Shown: in pieces, positions 25,316 to 34,166 of the stretch
How positions within the stretch are numbered: position 1 is the stretch's first letter
How the letters are laid out: every line of letters starts with the position of its first letter
Assembly: GCA_963716255.1 (NCBI GenBank)
Contig: OY970303.1
Coordinates: 1,536,001 to 1,600,000 of the forward strand
DNA from: an uncultured Gemmatimonadales bacterium
Lineage (GTDB): Bacteria; Gemmatimonadota; Gemmatimonadetes; Longimicrobiales; Longimicrobiaceae
Direction: 5' to 3'
DNA length: 64,000 nucleotides
The notes under the pieces: generated by a model
What the model was told of the DNA's origin: nothing
The model's input: only the letters and a program-made list of their open reading frames with translations
Database searches by the model: none
Position numbers and translations under genes: made by a program

Positions 25316-26236
25316 GTGAGCCGGTCCGTGCCCCCATCGAGCCAGTCCGTGCAGGTCCTCCTTTCCACGTACAACGGCGAGGAGTACCTGCGGCCGCTGC
25401 TGCGGAGCCTGGACGAGCAGGCCCACCCGAACGTGGAGCTGCTGGTGCGCGACGACGGCTCCACGGACCGGACGCTGGAGCTGCTCCGGGCGCACTCCGG
25501 GCGGGTGCGCCCGGAGCTGCGGCCCGGCGGTCACCTGGGGCTCCCGGACACCTACTTCGAGCTGGTGCGCGATTCGCGCGCGGACGCGGACCTGTTCGCC
25601 TTCTGCGACCAGGACGACGTGTGGCTGCCGGGGAAGCTGGCGCGGGCGGCGGAGATGCTGGCGGCGACGGACCCGGCGGCGCCCGCGATGTACTGCGGAC
25701 GCGCGCAGTACGTGGACGCGGAGCTCCGCCCGCTGGGGATGTCGGAGCTGCCGTGCAGCCCGCTGACCTTTCAGCACGCGCTGATGCAGAACGTGGCGAC
25801 GGGGTGCACCATCGTGATGAACCGCGCCGCGCGCGACCTGCTGGCGGAGTCCACGCCTGAGGAGGTGTTCATGCACGATGCGTGGGCGTACCTGGTGATC
25901 GCGGCCTTCGGGACGGTGCTCTACGACCCGGTTCCCATGGTGCTCTACCGCCAGCACGCCGCGAACACCATCGGCAGGCCGCGGGGGTGGCCGGCCCGGC
26001 TGTCCAGGTTCGTACGCCGCGGGTGGAACTGGCCGCACCTGCGCCAGGCGCTCCACTTCGAGCACCACTACGGGTCGCGCCTGCAGGGCGAGGACCGCCG
26101 GGCGCTGGACCTGCTGCTGGAAAGCCGGACCAGCTTCCGCGCCCGGGTGCGCTACGCGCTGTCGCTGGACTCGCACCGGCGCGGGGTGCGCGACGACCTG
26201 GCCTTCCGGCTGCTGTACATCGCGGGGCGGATGTGA
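25316..26236 (+). CDS. Glycosyltransferase family 2 (rhamnosyltransferase-like)
   Basis: VLLSTYNGEEYL, RDDGSTD, FCDQDDVW, TGCT, MHDAW, YRQH. Start approximate. Confidence 0.9.
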   Translation: MSRSVPPSSQSVQVLLSTYNGEEYLRPLLRSLDEQAHPNVELLVRDDGSTDRTLELLRAHSGRVRPELRPGGHLGLPDTYFELVRDSRADADLFAFCDQDDVWLPGKLARAAEMLAATDPAAPAMYCGRAQYVDAELRPLGMSELPCSPLTFQHALMQNVATGCTIVMNRAARDLLAESTPEEVFMHDAWAYLVIAAFGTVLYDPVPMVLYRQHAANTIGRPRGWPARLSRFVRRGWNWPHLRQALHFEHHYGSRLQGEDRRALDLLLESRTSFRARVRYALSLDSHRRGVRDDLAFRLLYIAGRM

Positions 26237-27315
26237 GCGGCGGATCGGGGGACCGCCTCCTGCGCCTGGTTCGCGCCGGCGACTGGTGGCAGTTCCACCT
26301 GCTGCCGCTGCTCTCTGCGGCCTACGCGGCCATCGCCCTGTTCGCGGTCCCCCCGGCGCTCGCGCTGCCGGCGCTGGCGCGCCTGCTCGTTTCCATCGTC
26401 TTCGTCGCGGCGTACTCGCACGTCGTCAACGACAGCGCGGACGCGGAGCAGGATGCCCGCGCGGGCAAGACCAACCGGGTGCAGGCGCTGTCCCCGGGCC
26501 GGCGCGCGCTCCTGGCGCTCGCCGCGCTGGGGTGCGGCTTCGCGGTGTGGGCGGGGGCGGGGCTCTCCGCCCGGACCGTCGCGCTGCTGGTGGGGATCGC
26601 GGCGCTGCAGCCGGCGTACGCGATGCGCCCGCTGCGCCTCAAGGAGCGCGGGGCCTGGGGGCTGCTGGCGGACTCGCTGCACACGCACGCGCTCCCCACG
26701 CTGTACTGCTTCTCGCTCTTCGCGGACCTGGCGGGCGCGCCGCTCTGGCGGCCCCTGCCGCTGGCGGCGGCGGCGTGGTCGCTCCTGGTGGGGCTGCGCG
26801 GCATCCTGTACCACCAGCGCACGGACGAGGCGAACGACCGGCGCGCCGGGGTGGCGACGTGGGTCACCACGCACGGCTCGGAGCGCGCGGCGGCCCTGGT
26901 GCGGCGCTTCGTGTTTCCCGCGGAGCTGGCGGCGCTCGCCGCGGTGGGGGCGGCGCTCCTCCCCGTGGCCCCGGCGGTGGTGGCGTGCCTGGCCGCGTAC
27001 GGCCTGCTGGCGCAGCTCCCGCGCTGGGCGGGGGCCCAGCCGCACTCCTTCGCGGACCCCGCGCCGGCCGAGAAGGGGAGCTACGTCCCCCTGCTGGCCT
27101 TTTACCGCACCTGGCCCTCGCTGGCCTTCGCCGTCCTCCTGGCTGCGCAGCACCGTGCCTTCGTCGCCGTGCTGGTGCTCCACGCCGTCGTCTTCGCCGG
27201 GCCCATCCTGGGCCAGGCCGCGGACCTGTGGCGCCTGCTCGCCTGGCTGGCCCGCGCCCCGGCACACGTCGTCCGCCGGCTGGGAGGCTCCCCGCGCAGC
27301 CCGCGCACGCTCTGA
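26233..27315 (+). CDS. UbiA-family membrane prenyltransferase
   Basis: GTGA overlap; multiple TM helices; NDSADAEQDARAGKTNR (NDxxDxxxD) and second motif HQRTDEAND; Y..RPLRLKERG. Confidence 0.82.
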   Translation: MSGGSGDRLLRLVRAGDWWQFHLLPLLSAAYAAIALFAVPPALALPALARLLVSIVFVAAYSHVVNDSADAEQDARAGKTNRVQALSPGRRALLALAALGCGFAVWAGAGLSARTVALLVGIAALQPAYAMRPLRLKERGAWGLLADSLHTHALPTLYCFSLFADLAGAPLWRPLPLAAAAWSLLVGLRGILYHQRTDEANDRRAGVATWVTTHGSERAAALVRRFVFPAELAALAAVGAALLPVAPAVVACLAAYGLLAQLPRWAGAQPHSFADPAPAEKGSYVPLLAFYRTWPSLAFAVLLAAQHRAFVAVLVLHAVVFAGPILGQAADLWRLLAWLARAPAHVVRRLGGSPRSPRTL

Positions 27316-27335
27316 CCGGTGAAAAGTCGCGGTTC

Positions 27336-27463
27336 GGGCGTGCCCCCGGCTGCGCCGGGGTCGGGCTGCGGCTCCGTAACGCACGATAAAACTGTGCGTA
27401 ACGGAGGCGAGCCCGCGCAAACAGCCGCGCGGTCTCGCCGCTTCGCGCTCGCATCCCTCACGC
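27336..27463 (+). repeat. Structured intergenic repeat, copy 3 (most diverged)
   Basis: GGGCGTG...GGGGTCGGGCT...CTCCGTAACGCACG-ATAAAAC-TGTGCGTAACGGAG...ATCCCTCACGC. Confidence 0.85.
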
Positions 27464-27495
27464 GGGCGCGGCACTGGCGTCCGCGAGGGTGGGCC

Positions 27496-27543
27496 CCCTC
27501 ACCCCCCGGCCCCCTCTCCCCCGCGAGCGGGGGAAAGGGGGAG
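27496..27543 (+). repeat. REP-like palindrome attached to the repeat flank
   Basis: CCCTCACCCCCCGGCCCCCTCTCCCCCGC-GA-GCGGGGGAAAGGGGGAG; related half-copies at about 27711-27735 and 58505-58535 on the minus strand. Confidence 0.6.
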
Positions 27544-27610
27544 AACGGCACGGCCATCTCGGCTTCATCGCCTTGCTGACGCCCCAGGGAGCCTGGCAGG
27601 AGACGACATG

Positions 27611-27647
27611 AAGCCGGACCGGGCTGGGTGCCTGGTCCGGCTTTTTT
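27611..27647 (+). terminator. Intrinsic terminator
   Basis: AAGCCGGACCGGGC-TGGGT-GCCTGGTCCGGC followed by TTTTTT. Confidence 0.75.
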
Positions 27648-27762
27648 GCGTGCCGCAGCGGCGGGGAACGACGGTGCGCTCCGGCGGGCTCCGGTGTTCG
27701 GGGTCGGCCGGGGGAGGGGGCCGGGGGGGAGGGGGCATCCCGCGGACGCCAGCGCGATGCCC

Positions 27763-27891
27763 GCGTGAGGGATTCCGGCCCGAAGGGGCGAGACCCGCGG
27801 GCAGTTTCGCGGGGCTCGACTCCGTTACGCACGGTCGTTTCGTGCGTTACGGAGCCGAAGCCCGACCCCGGCGCCAGCCGGGGGCACGCCC
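27763..27891 (-). repeat. Structured intergenic repeat, copy 4
   Basis: Reverse-complement match; faces copy 3. Confidence 0.9.
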
Positions 27892-27902
27892 GAACCAGCA
27901 GT

Positions 27903-28838
27903 TCAAGCCGTAGTCCCTTCCCCTTCCCACAGGTACTCCGCCGCGTACGCCGCGTACAGCGGGTCGCCACGGAGCCGCTCCGCCCTCCCCACGCAGTGGC
28001 GCAGGAACTCCTCCGGGAAGTCCGCGTCGGTGACGGCACGGCCGGGCCTCGCCCGCGCCAGCACCCGCACCAGCGGCCGCAGCCGGTTCTCGAACGTCCC
28101 CCGCACGTACCACCGGTACACCCGCGCCGAGCGCCGCCCCCCCAGCCGCGACGCCGCGGCGGACACGGCGCGCGAGATCACCGGGTACCAGTACAGCTCC
28201 TCGGGCGAGAGCGACGCGTTCACCCGGCCGACGCGCACCTCGCGGTGCGGGAGCCCCAGCCGCTCCTCCAGCACCCGGAGGAAGCGCGGCTGGTCGTCGC
28301 GCAGGAGCTCGTACGGCAGCACGATCACGTTGTCGGCGCCGAAGGCCGCGGCGTAGAGCCCCACCAGGTAGTCGTAGTCGTAGTAGTGGCCGGTGTCGTC
28401 GGCGAGCCGGTCGGCCAGGTCGCGGATCATCCCGTCCAGGTGCTGGGTGCCGCCCGAGCGGACGTACTGGGAGTACCCGGACAGGACGATGTCGCGGAAG
28501 CCGCGCGTGACGACGAGGATGCGACTGCCGGGGAAGAGCGTCTTCAGCAGGGCGCAGACGTCGGCCTGGGCGTCCTTGATGCGCTCCGGGAGCCCCCCCC
28601 GCTCGCCACCCCCCTCCAGCTGGAGCCCGCCGGTGCTCCGGTGCGGGGTGGAAAGCCCCTCGGAACTGGTGACGTAGTAGCGGTACGAGGGGTCGGGCAT
28701 CCGGCACATGGCGTACACGTCGGGGAAGCCGCCCACGCCGCCGGGCGCGTAGCACAAGTCCGGGTGCTGCTCGAACCACGCCTGGAGGAAGGTGGAGCCG
28801 GACTTGGGGTAGCCGACGTGGATCAGGTGCTGGGCCAT
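27903..28838 (-). CDS. PAPS-dependent sulfotransferase
   Basis: MAQHLIHVGYPKSGSTFLQ (5'-PSB loop), SSEGLS, RGFRDIVLSGY (3'-PB), LPYELL. Confidence 0.82.
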   Translation of the reverse strand: MAQHLIHVGYPKSGSTFLQAWFEQHPDLCYAPGGVGGFPDVYAMCRMPDPSYRYYVTSSEGLSTPHRSTGGLQLEGGGERGGLPERIKDAQADVCALLKTLFPGSRILVVTRGFRDIVLSGYSQYVRSGGTQHLDGMIRDLADRLADDTGHYYDYDYLVGLYAAAFGADNVIVLPYELLRDDQPRFLRVLEERLGLPHREVRVGRVNASLSPEELYWYPVISRAVSAAASRLGGRRSARVYRWYVRGTFENRLRPLVRVLARARPGRAVTDADFPEEFLRHCVGRAERLRGDPLYAAYAAEYLWEGEGTTA

Positions 28839-29890
28839 GGCGACGGGCTCGCGGGGCGGCGGCAGAGGGCTTCCAGGCAGAAGCCGGTGGTCAGCTCCTC
28901 GGAGCCCCAGCCGAAGTACTTTTCGGGGCCGCCGAAGTAGAGGGAGGTGGCCCGCCAGTCGCCCCCGGGGCGCTGCGCGGCGAGCAGGTAGCGGACGGCG
29001 CGCTCCAGCTCGGGCGGCGCGGCGCGCCAGGAAAGCAGGGCGCACACGGCGAGCGCGGTGTCCAGCTCGCTGGCCCCGATGGAGCCGTCGGGGTGGGCGG
29101 CGGCGGCGATGCGGGCGACGGCCTCGTCGCGGATGGCGCCCAGCGCGGCGGCGCCGGCGCCGAAGCAGCGCGCGACGACGTACTGGAACATGAAGCGGTT
29201 GAGGTGCCACTTGTCGCAGCACCCCTCCCTCCCGCTCCGGAACACGCCCACCAGGTAGTCGGCCACCGCGGCGGTGTCCGGGCCCTCCCCCAGGTAGAAC
29301 AGGACGTTGGCGTTGACGACGCAGTCCACGTCGCCCGGCGCCGATTCGTTCATCTTCCAGAAGTAGTACGCCTTCACCGGGTTGGCCCAGTGGCGCAGCG
29401 CCACGCGCCAGTAGGCGGCGCTGCGCGGCGCGGGCCAGCGCGGCGCCAGCCAGGTGTAGAACAGCCCCTGCGGGCCGCGGGCGGCGAGGACGAGGTCGCG
29501 GTTGGGCGGGAAGGCGGCGCCCTCCCGGCGCAGGACGTACGAGACGCACGCCACGTCGTCCAGGTCGGCGGGGATGGTGGCGCGGTACCGGTGGCCGCGG
29601 GTCCAGTACCGCCACACCCCGGGCGGCTCCATCTCCGCCAGGAAGAAGCGCACCGCCCGGTCCAGCATCTCCCGGGCGCGGGGCGAGCCGGAGAAGCCCA
29701 GCGAGTACGCGATCAGCGCGGTGGGAAAGGGGGAGCTGTCGAAGACGCGGTCGCGCTCCAGCTCGTGGTCGGTGGACAGGTACGACCTGAACTCGCCGGA
29801 GGGGAGCTGGCTCCGGTGCAGGAAGCCGACGGCGCGCTCGATCGCCGCCTCCACCCCGCCGGCCGTCACCGGCTCACTCCCATTGGACAT
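28823..29890 (-). CDS. Stand-alone (monodomain) class II terpene-cyclase-like / prenyltransferase-squalene-oxidase repeat protein
   Basis: About 355 aa; PADLDDVA (DXDD at 29555-29566); QW-like repeats FLHRSQLPSGEF and YLLAAQRPGGDW; C-terminal WGSEELTTGFCLEAL. Confidence 0.72.
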   Translation of the reverse strand: MSNGSEPVTAGGVEAAIERAVGFLHRSQLPSGEFRSYLSTDHELERDRVFDSSPFPTALIAYSLGFSGSPRAREMLDRAVRFFLAEMEPPGVWRYWTRGHRYRATIPADLDDVACVSYVLRREGAAFPPNRDLVLAARGPQGLFYTWLAPRWPAPRSAAYWRVALRHWANPVKAYYFWKMNESAPGDVDCVVNANVLFYLGEGPDTAAVADYLVGVFRSGREGCCDKWHLNRFMFQYVVARCFGAGAAALGAIRDEAVARIAAAAHPDGSIGASELDTALAVCALLSWRAAPPELERAVRYLLAAQRPGGDWRATSLYFGGPEKYFGWGSEELTTGFCLEALCRRPASPSPWPST

Positions 29891-31109
29891 CGATCGTCAT
29901 CAGCTGGTGCATGGACATGGCCGTGTTGCTCTCGCGCGACGGCTCGGTGCGGACGTGGAAGGGGTGCGGGGGCCCGGTCCAGCCGTAGGTGGCGAGCGGG
30001 TAGTGGGTGGCCGCGTCGCTGACGATGGCGCGCACCATGTACTGCCCGGCGACCAGGGGGAGGCGCGGGACCACGCACCGCACCTCGCCCGTCCCCGGGA
30101 CCAGGGTGCGCGGCCGGGAATCGCGGGCCCCGGTCACGCACACCCACTGGTCGCCCGTCCAGATGGTGAACGCCCACTCCACCTCGGCGCGCTCCCGGGC
30201 TTCGTACGCCACGGACAGGCACAGGTCGGCGCCGGTGCGGATCTCGCCGCCGTCCGCGGAGCGCGCGGAGATCCCCCGGATGAGCACGGGAGCGTCGTCG
30301 GGCGGCGGGGCGGCGCCGCCCCCGGACGCCGCGGCGGCGCGCTGCTGGGCCTCCAGGTAGCACGCCAGCGTTTCCACGGCGGTGCCCGCGTGGGTGAGCC
30401 GCCCGGCCTCCAGGAGGATGCCGCTGCGGCAGATGGCCTGGATCTGGTGGGGGCTGTGGGAAACGAACACGAGCGAGCCCCCGGCGTCCAGGTACTTCTG
30501 CATGTGGGTGATGCACTTGCGCTGGTAGGTGATGTCGCCCACCGCGAGCACTTCGTCCACCAGGAGCACGTCGGGCTGGAGGTGCGCCGCCACGGCGTAC
30601 GAGAGGCGCGCCTGCATCCCGGAGCTGTAGTAGCGCAGCGGCACGTCCATCACCTCGCCCAGCCCGGCGAAGTCGGTGATCTCGTCCATCAGCCGGGCCG
30701 TGTCGCGGCGGGTGAAGCCGTGCAGCGCCGCGTTGACGTACACGTTCTCGCGCCCGGAGAGCGCCGGGTCGAAGCCGGTCCCCAGCTCGATCATCGCCCC
30801 CACGCGCCCCCGCAGGCGGACCTCTCCCCCGTCCGGCTTCACCAGCCCGTACATCACCTTGAGCAGCGTGCTCTTCCCGGCGCCGTTGGCCCCGACGACG
30901 GCCAGCGACTCGCCCGGCGCCACCCGGAACGACACGTCGCGAAGCGCCCAGAACTCGCCGCGCCGCAGCTCCGGCGGCGGAGCCCCGGCGCCGGGCCGCA
31001 GGACCTCGCGCGCGATGTCGCGGAGCCCGTACCACTGGGCCCGCCGCAGCTCGCGGCACAGCTTCTTGGAAAGGCCGGCGACGGCGACCGACGGTCCCGC
31101 TCCGCTCAC
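29874..31109 (-). CDS. wzt: Polysaccharide ABC transporter ATP-binding protein with C-terminal Wzt_C-like domain
   Basis: EFWALRDVSF, GANGAGKST, LSGRENV, YSSGMQARL, LLVDEVLAVGD, VSH; beta-rich C-terminal extension. Confidence 0.9.
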   Translation of the reverse strand: MSGAGPSVAVAGLSKKLCRELRRAQWYGLRDIAREVLRPGAGAPPPELRRGEFWALRDVSFRVAPGESLAVVGANGAGKSTLLKVMYGLVKPDGGEVRLRGRVGAMIELGTGFDPALSGRENVYVNAALHGFTRRDTARLMDEITDFAGLGEVMDVPLRYYSSGMQARLSYAVAAHLQPDVLLVDEVLAVGDITYQRKCITHMQKYLDAGGSLVFVSHSPHQIQAICRSGILLEAGRLTHAGTAVETLACYLEAQQRAAAASGGGAAPPPDDAPVLIRGISARSADGGEIRTGADLCLSVAYEARERAEVEWAFTIWTGDQWVCVTGARDSRPRTLVPGTGEVRCVVPRLPLVAGQYMVRAIVSDAATHYPLATYGWTGPPHPFHVRTEPSRESNTAMSMHQLMTIDVQWE

Positions 31110-32329
31110 CGCGCGGCCCCTTCGCCGGGCGCGACCCACAGCTCGCCGAGGGCGCGGTAGTTGGGCGAGGGGGCGTAGGCGAGCGCCGACAGCGGGCGCG
31201 CCTCGCGGAAGCGCGGCCACGCCGCGAGCAGCGCCTCCAGCGCCACGCGCACCTGCAGGCGCGCCAGCCGCGACCCGGGGCACACGTGGGGCCCGGAGCC
31301 GAAGGCGAGGTGCGGGTTGGGGGAGCGGTCCAGCCGCAGCCGGTCGGGATCCGGGAAGCGGGCGGGGTCGCGGTTGGCCGCCGCGACGACCAGCCGCACC
31401 TCGGCGCCGGGGGGAATGGCGACGCCGGCCAGCTCGGCGCCCGGCCCGGCGAGGCGCCAGAGCAGCATCTCGGGGGGGTCCAGGCGGGCGGCCTCCTCCA
31501 CCAGCGCGGGGACCAGGGCGGGGTCCGCCTGGACGCGGGCGCGGAGCCCGGGGTCGCGGAGCAGGTGGAGCACGGCGGCGGCGACCAGGCGGGTGGTGGT
31601 GGTGGTCCCCGCGATCCAGAAGAGCTTGAGCAGCCCCGCCGCCTCCTCCGGCGTGTGCGCGGCGCCGTCCTGCGCGCGGAAGAGCCGCCCGGCCATGGAA
31701 CCGGACGGGGGCCCGGCGGCCGCCGCGGCGACCTGCTCGCGCGTCCACTCGTGAAGCTCCAGGAAGCTCGCTTCCTGCTCCTCGTCGCCGAAGCGCCGGA
31801 GCCGCGCCCGCAGCGACTCGCACTCGTCGCGCGTGAGCCCCAGGAAGCTCCCCACCACCCGCTCCACCAGCGGGGTGGCGTACTCGCTCACGATCTCCAC
31901 CTCCGCCTTCCCCGTGCTTTCCACCAGCAGCTCCGCGGCGATGGCGCGGGCGGGGGCCTCCAGCGCCTCGGCCGCGGCGGCCGTGAAGTACGGGGCCACG
32001 GCGCGTCTCACCCGGGTCTGGTCGGGCGGGTCGGCCTCGTTCATGATGGGATCGAAGCGCACCTGCGGCCGGGCGCTGGAAAAGTGCCCCGGGCTCTTGA
32101 AGGCCTGCGACACCTCGTCGTAGCCGAGCACCAGCCACAGCCCGCGCTCCGGGAGGAAGTGGACCGGCCCCCGCTCGCGCAGCGCGGCGTAGTACGGGTA
32201 GGGGTCCTGCATCACGTCCGGGTGCAGCAGGTCCCGCGGCTCCTGCCGCGGGTGCGGTGCGGCGGTGCGGCCCGCCAGGCGGCGCCGCACGCGGGCCGCC
32301 AGCCGGAGGGTGCGCTCGAAGATCGACAA
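31106..32329 (-). CDS. Cytochrome P450
   Basis: DPYPYY, DPPDQTRVR, I-helix AGTTTT, ExxR (EEAAR), ANRDP, heme motif FGSGPHVCPG. Confidence 0.93.
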   Translation of the reverse strand: MSIFERTLRLAARVRRRLAGRTAAPHPRQEPRDLLHPDVMQDPYPYYAALRERGPVHFLPERGLWLVLGYDEVSQAFKSPGHFSSARPQVRFDPIMNEADPPDQTRVRRAVAPYFTAAAAEALEAPARAIAAELLVESTGKAEVEIVSEYATPLVERVVGSFLGLTRDECESLRARLRRFGDEEQEASFLELHEWTREQVAAAAAGPPSGSMAGRLFRAQDGAAHTPEEAAGLLKLFWIAGTTTTTRLVAAAVLHLLRDPGLRARVQADPALVPALVEEAARLDPPEMLLWRLAGPGAELAGVAIPPGAEVRLVVAAANRDPARFPDPDRLRLDRSPNPHLAFGSGPHVCPGSRLARLQVRVALEALLAAWPRFREARPLSALAYAPSPNYRALGELWVAPGEGAAR

Positions 32330-32362
32330 GGCTCGCGGTCGTGGTGCGGGGGTGAAAAAGGG

Positions 32363-33094
32363 CTACAGGCCGCGGCGCGCGACGCAGTCCACGTCGATGA
32401 GCGGGCGCGACGGGCTGGGCGCCACCGGGAAGAGCCCCGTGGGCTCGAAGCCGGCGTCGCGGATCGCCCGCATCGACCGCGCGAAGTCCGGCGCCCCGGT
32501 GTACACGGGCTTCAGCGAGATCTCCATCTGCAGCCCCGCGATCCGATCCAGGCAGCCGGCGGCGCCGCCGAGCACGGCCAGGTCGGAGCCCTGCGTGTCC
32601 GTCTTCAGGAACACCCGCCCGCTCGCGACGCCGGGCAGCCCGCCGAAGACGGCGTCCAGCCTCCGCACCCGCACGGGCTCGCGCGCGACGGTGTCCGAGA
32701 GCCCCGGAAAGGTCCGCGCGCCGAAGTCGTTGACGGGGAGCAGGGAGCTGAGCTGCGACTCCCGCGCCACGTGGATCACCGCCTCCCCGTCCGCGGCTCC
32801 CAGCGCGTACGGGAGCACCGTCCACCGTCCGTCGCGCGCGGCGCCGGAGCGGAGGACGCGGACGCTGGCGGGGACCGGCTCGAAGGACACGATGTGCCCC
32901 CGGAAGCCGATCCGGCGGAGCATCCGCGCGTACTGGCCGTCGTTCGCCCCCACGTCCAGCACGCAGTCGACGGCGAGCGCGGCGAGGAGGGCTGCCAGGT
33001 GCCCCTCCAGCGAGTCCGCCGGGGGCGCCGCCGCGCCCTCCCGCCCCAGGAGCCGCATCGCCCGGCGCAGCACGCCGCCCACCTTGCGCTCCAT
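32363..33094 (-). CDS. FkbM-family SAM methyltransferase
   Basis: VLDVGANDGQY, SFEP, ALG, RRLD, LKTDTQGSD. Confidence 0.9.
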   Translation of the reverse strand: MERKVGGVLRRAMRLLGREGAAAPPADSLEGHLAALLAALAVDCVLDVGANDGQYARMLRRIGFRGHIVSFEPVPASVRVLRSGAARDGRWTVLPYALGAADGEAVIHVARESQLSSLLPVNDFGARTFPGLSDTVAREPVRVRRLDAVFGGLPGVASGRVFLKTDTQGSDLAVLGGAAGCLDRIAGLQMEISLKPVYTGAPDFARSMRAIRDAGFEPTGLFPVAPSPSRPLIDVDCVARRGL

Positions 33095-33109
33095 GGGGGG
33101 GGGATGCGC

Positions 33110-33934
33110 CTACAGCCGCGACACCAGGTGGGGGCGCGCCAGGCGGTAGCATCCCCACCCCACGGCGAGCCCCGCCACGCTCGCCGCCGCCACCGCGGCG
33201 AAGCCCGGCCCGGCGGGCGCCGCCGCGCCGGTGAGCCACCCGCGCGTGGCGACCAGCAGCGGCGAGACGGGGTTCAGCGCGGCCGGCCCAAACGCCGCCG
33301 GCGGGTAGATGACGGGGGTGAAAAAGAACCAGATCCCCAGGGCGAGCGATAGCCCGCGGGACACGTCCTGGTAGAGCAGCCCCACGGGGGTGAGCAGCAG
33401 CCCCATGCTGAAGCCCAGCAGGAGCAGCGCCGCCACCCCCAGCGGCGCCAGCAGCAGCGACGGGCTCCAGCGCACCCCGGACCAGAGGAGCACCGGCACC
33501 AGCACCGTCAGGCGCACCAGGAAGTTGAACCCCACCTCCAGCATCCCCGCCAGAAGCACCGCCTCGTGGGGGATGCGGCTGCGGGTCAGGATGGCGCGCG
33601 CGGCCGACAGCTGCTGGAGCGGGGCGTTCAGCGCGTCCGCGAACACCTGCCAGAGGAGCGTGCCGGTGAGCACGTAGACGGGATACGGCAGGTCGGTGCG
33701 GCCCACGTCCAGGATGCGGGCGGAGTTGAGGTACACCCACGCCCCGGAGGTCGCCAGCGGCGGGAGCAGGAGCCACAGGTAGCCCAGCCAGCTCTGCCGG
33801 TACCCCGCCTGCAGCCGCCGCACGAACAGGTGCCATGCCACCGGGGGAGCCACCCGCAGGTCAGAGCGGACGGCCGCCGCGAAGGCCCCCGGCGAGCGGA
33901 GCTGCGAGTCCGCCGAATACACCACCTCTTCCAT
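33110..33934 (-). CDS. wzm: Polysaccharide ABC transporter permease
   Basis: YRQSWLGYLWLLLPP, YPVY, YQDV, FFFTPVIYP, LNPV; about six TM segments. Confidence 0.88.
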   Translation of the reverse strand: MEEVVYSADSQLRSPGAFAAAVRSDLRVAPPVAWHLFVRRLQAGYRQSWLGYLWLLLPPLATSGAWVYLNSARILDVGRTDLPYPVYVLTGTLLWQVFADALNAPLQQLSAARAILTRSRIPHEAVLLAGMLEVGFNFLVRLTVLVPVLLWSGVRWSPSLLLAPLGVAALLLLGFSMGLLLTPVGLLYQDVSRGLSLALGIWFFFTPVIYPPAAFGPAALNPVSPLLVATRGWLTGAAAPAGPGFAAVAAASVAGLAVGWGCYRLARPHLVSRL

Positions 33935-34166
33935 GCCGCCGTCCAGGCTCCCGCCGGGGTTCCGCCGCCCTCCGGCGGCGCGCCGGAAGCACCCGATCTT
34001 ACGCGCGCGGGGGCGGCGGAACAAGTCGCGGCCGGGAAACGCGCCCGCCCGGCGGGGGCGTCCTCCGCCGGGCAAGGATCTTGAGGGGCCCCCGCCGGTC
34101 CGCGGCCGCCCATGAGCGGCCGCCTTTCGCCACACCCACGGGCACGACGCGGCGCGTCGGGGGGAC

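Noticed and set aside
29874..33836. 1320-aa ORF as a giant Wzt fusion
   Set aside because: Only the last ~410 codons are Wzt; the upstream part overlaps P450, FkbM and Wzm in other frames.
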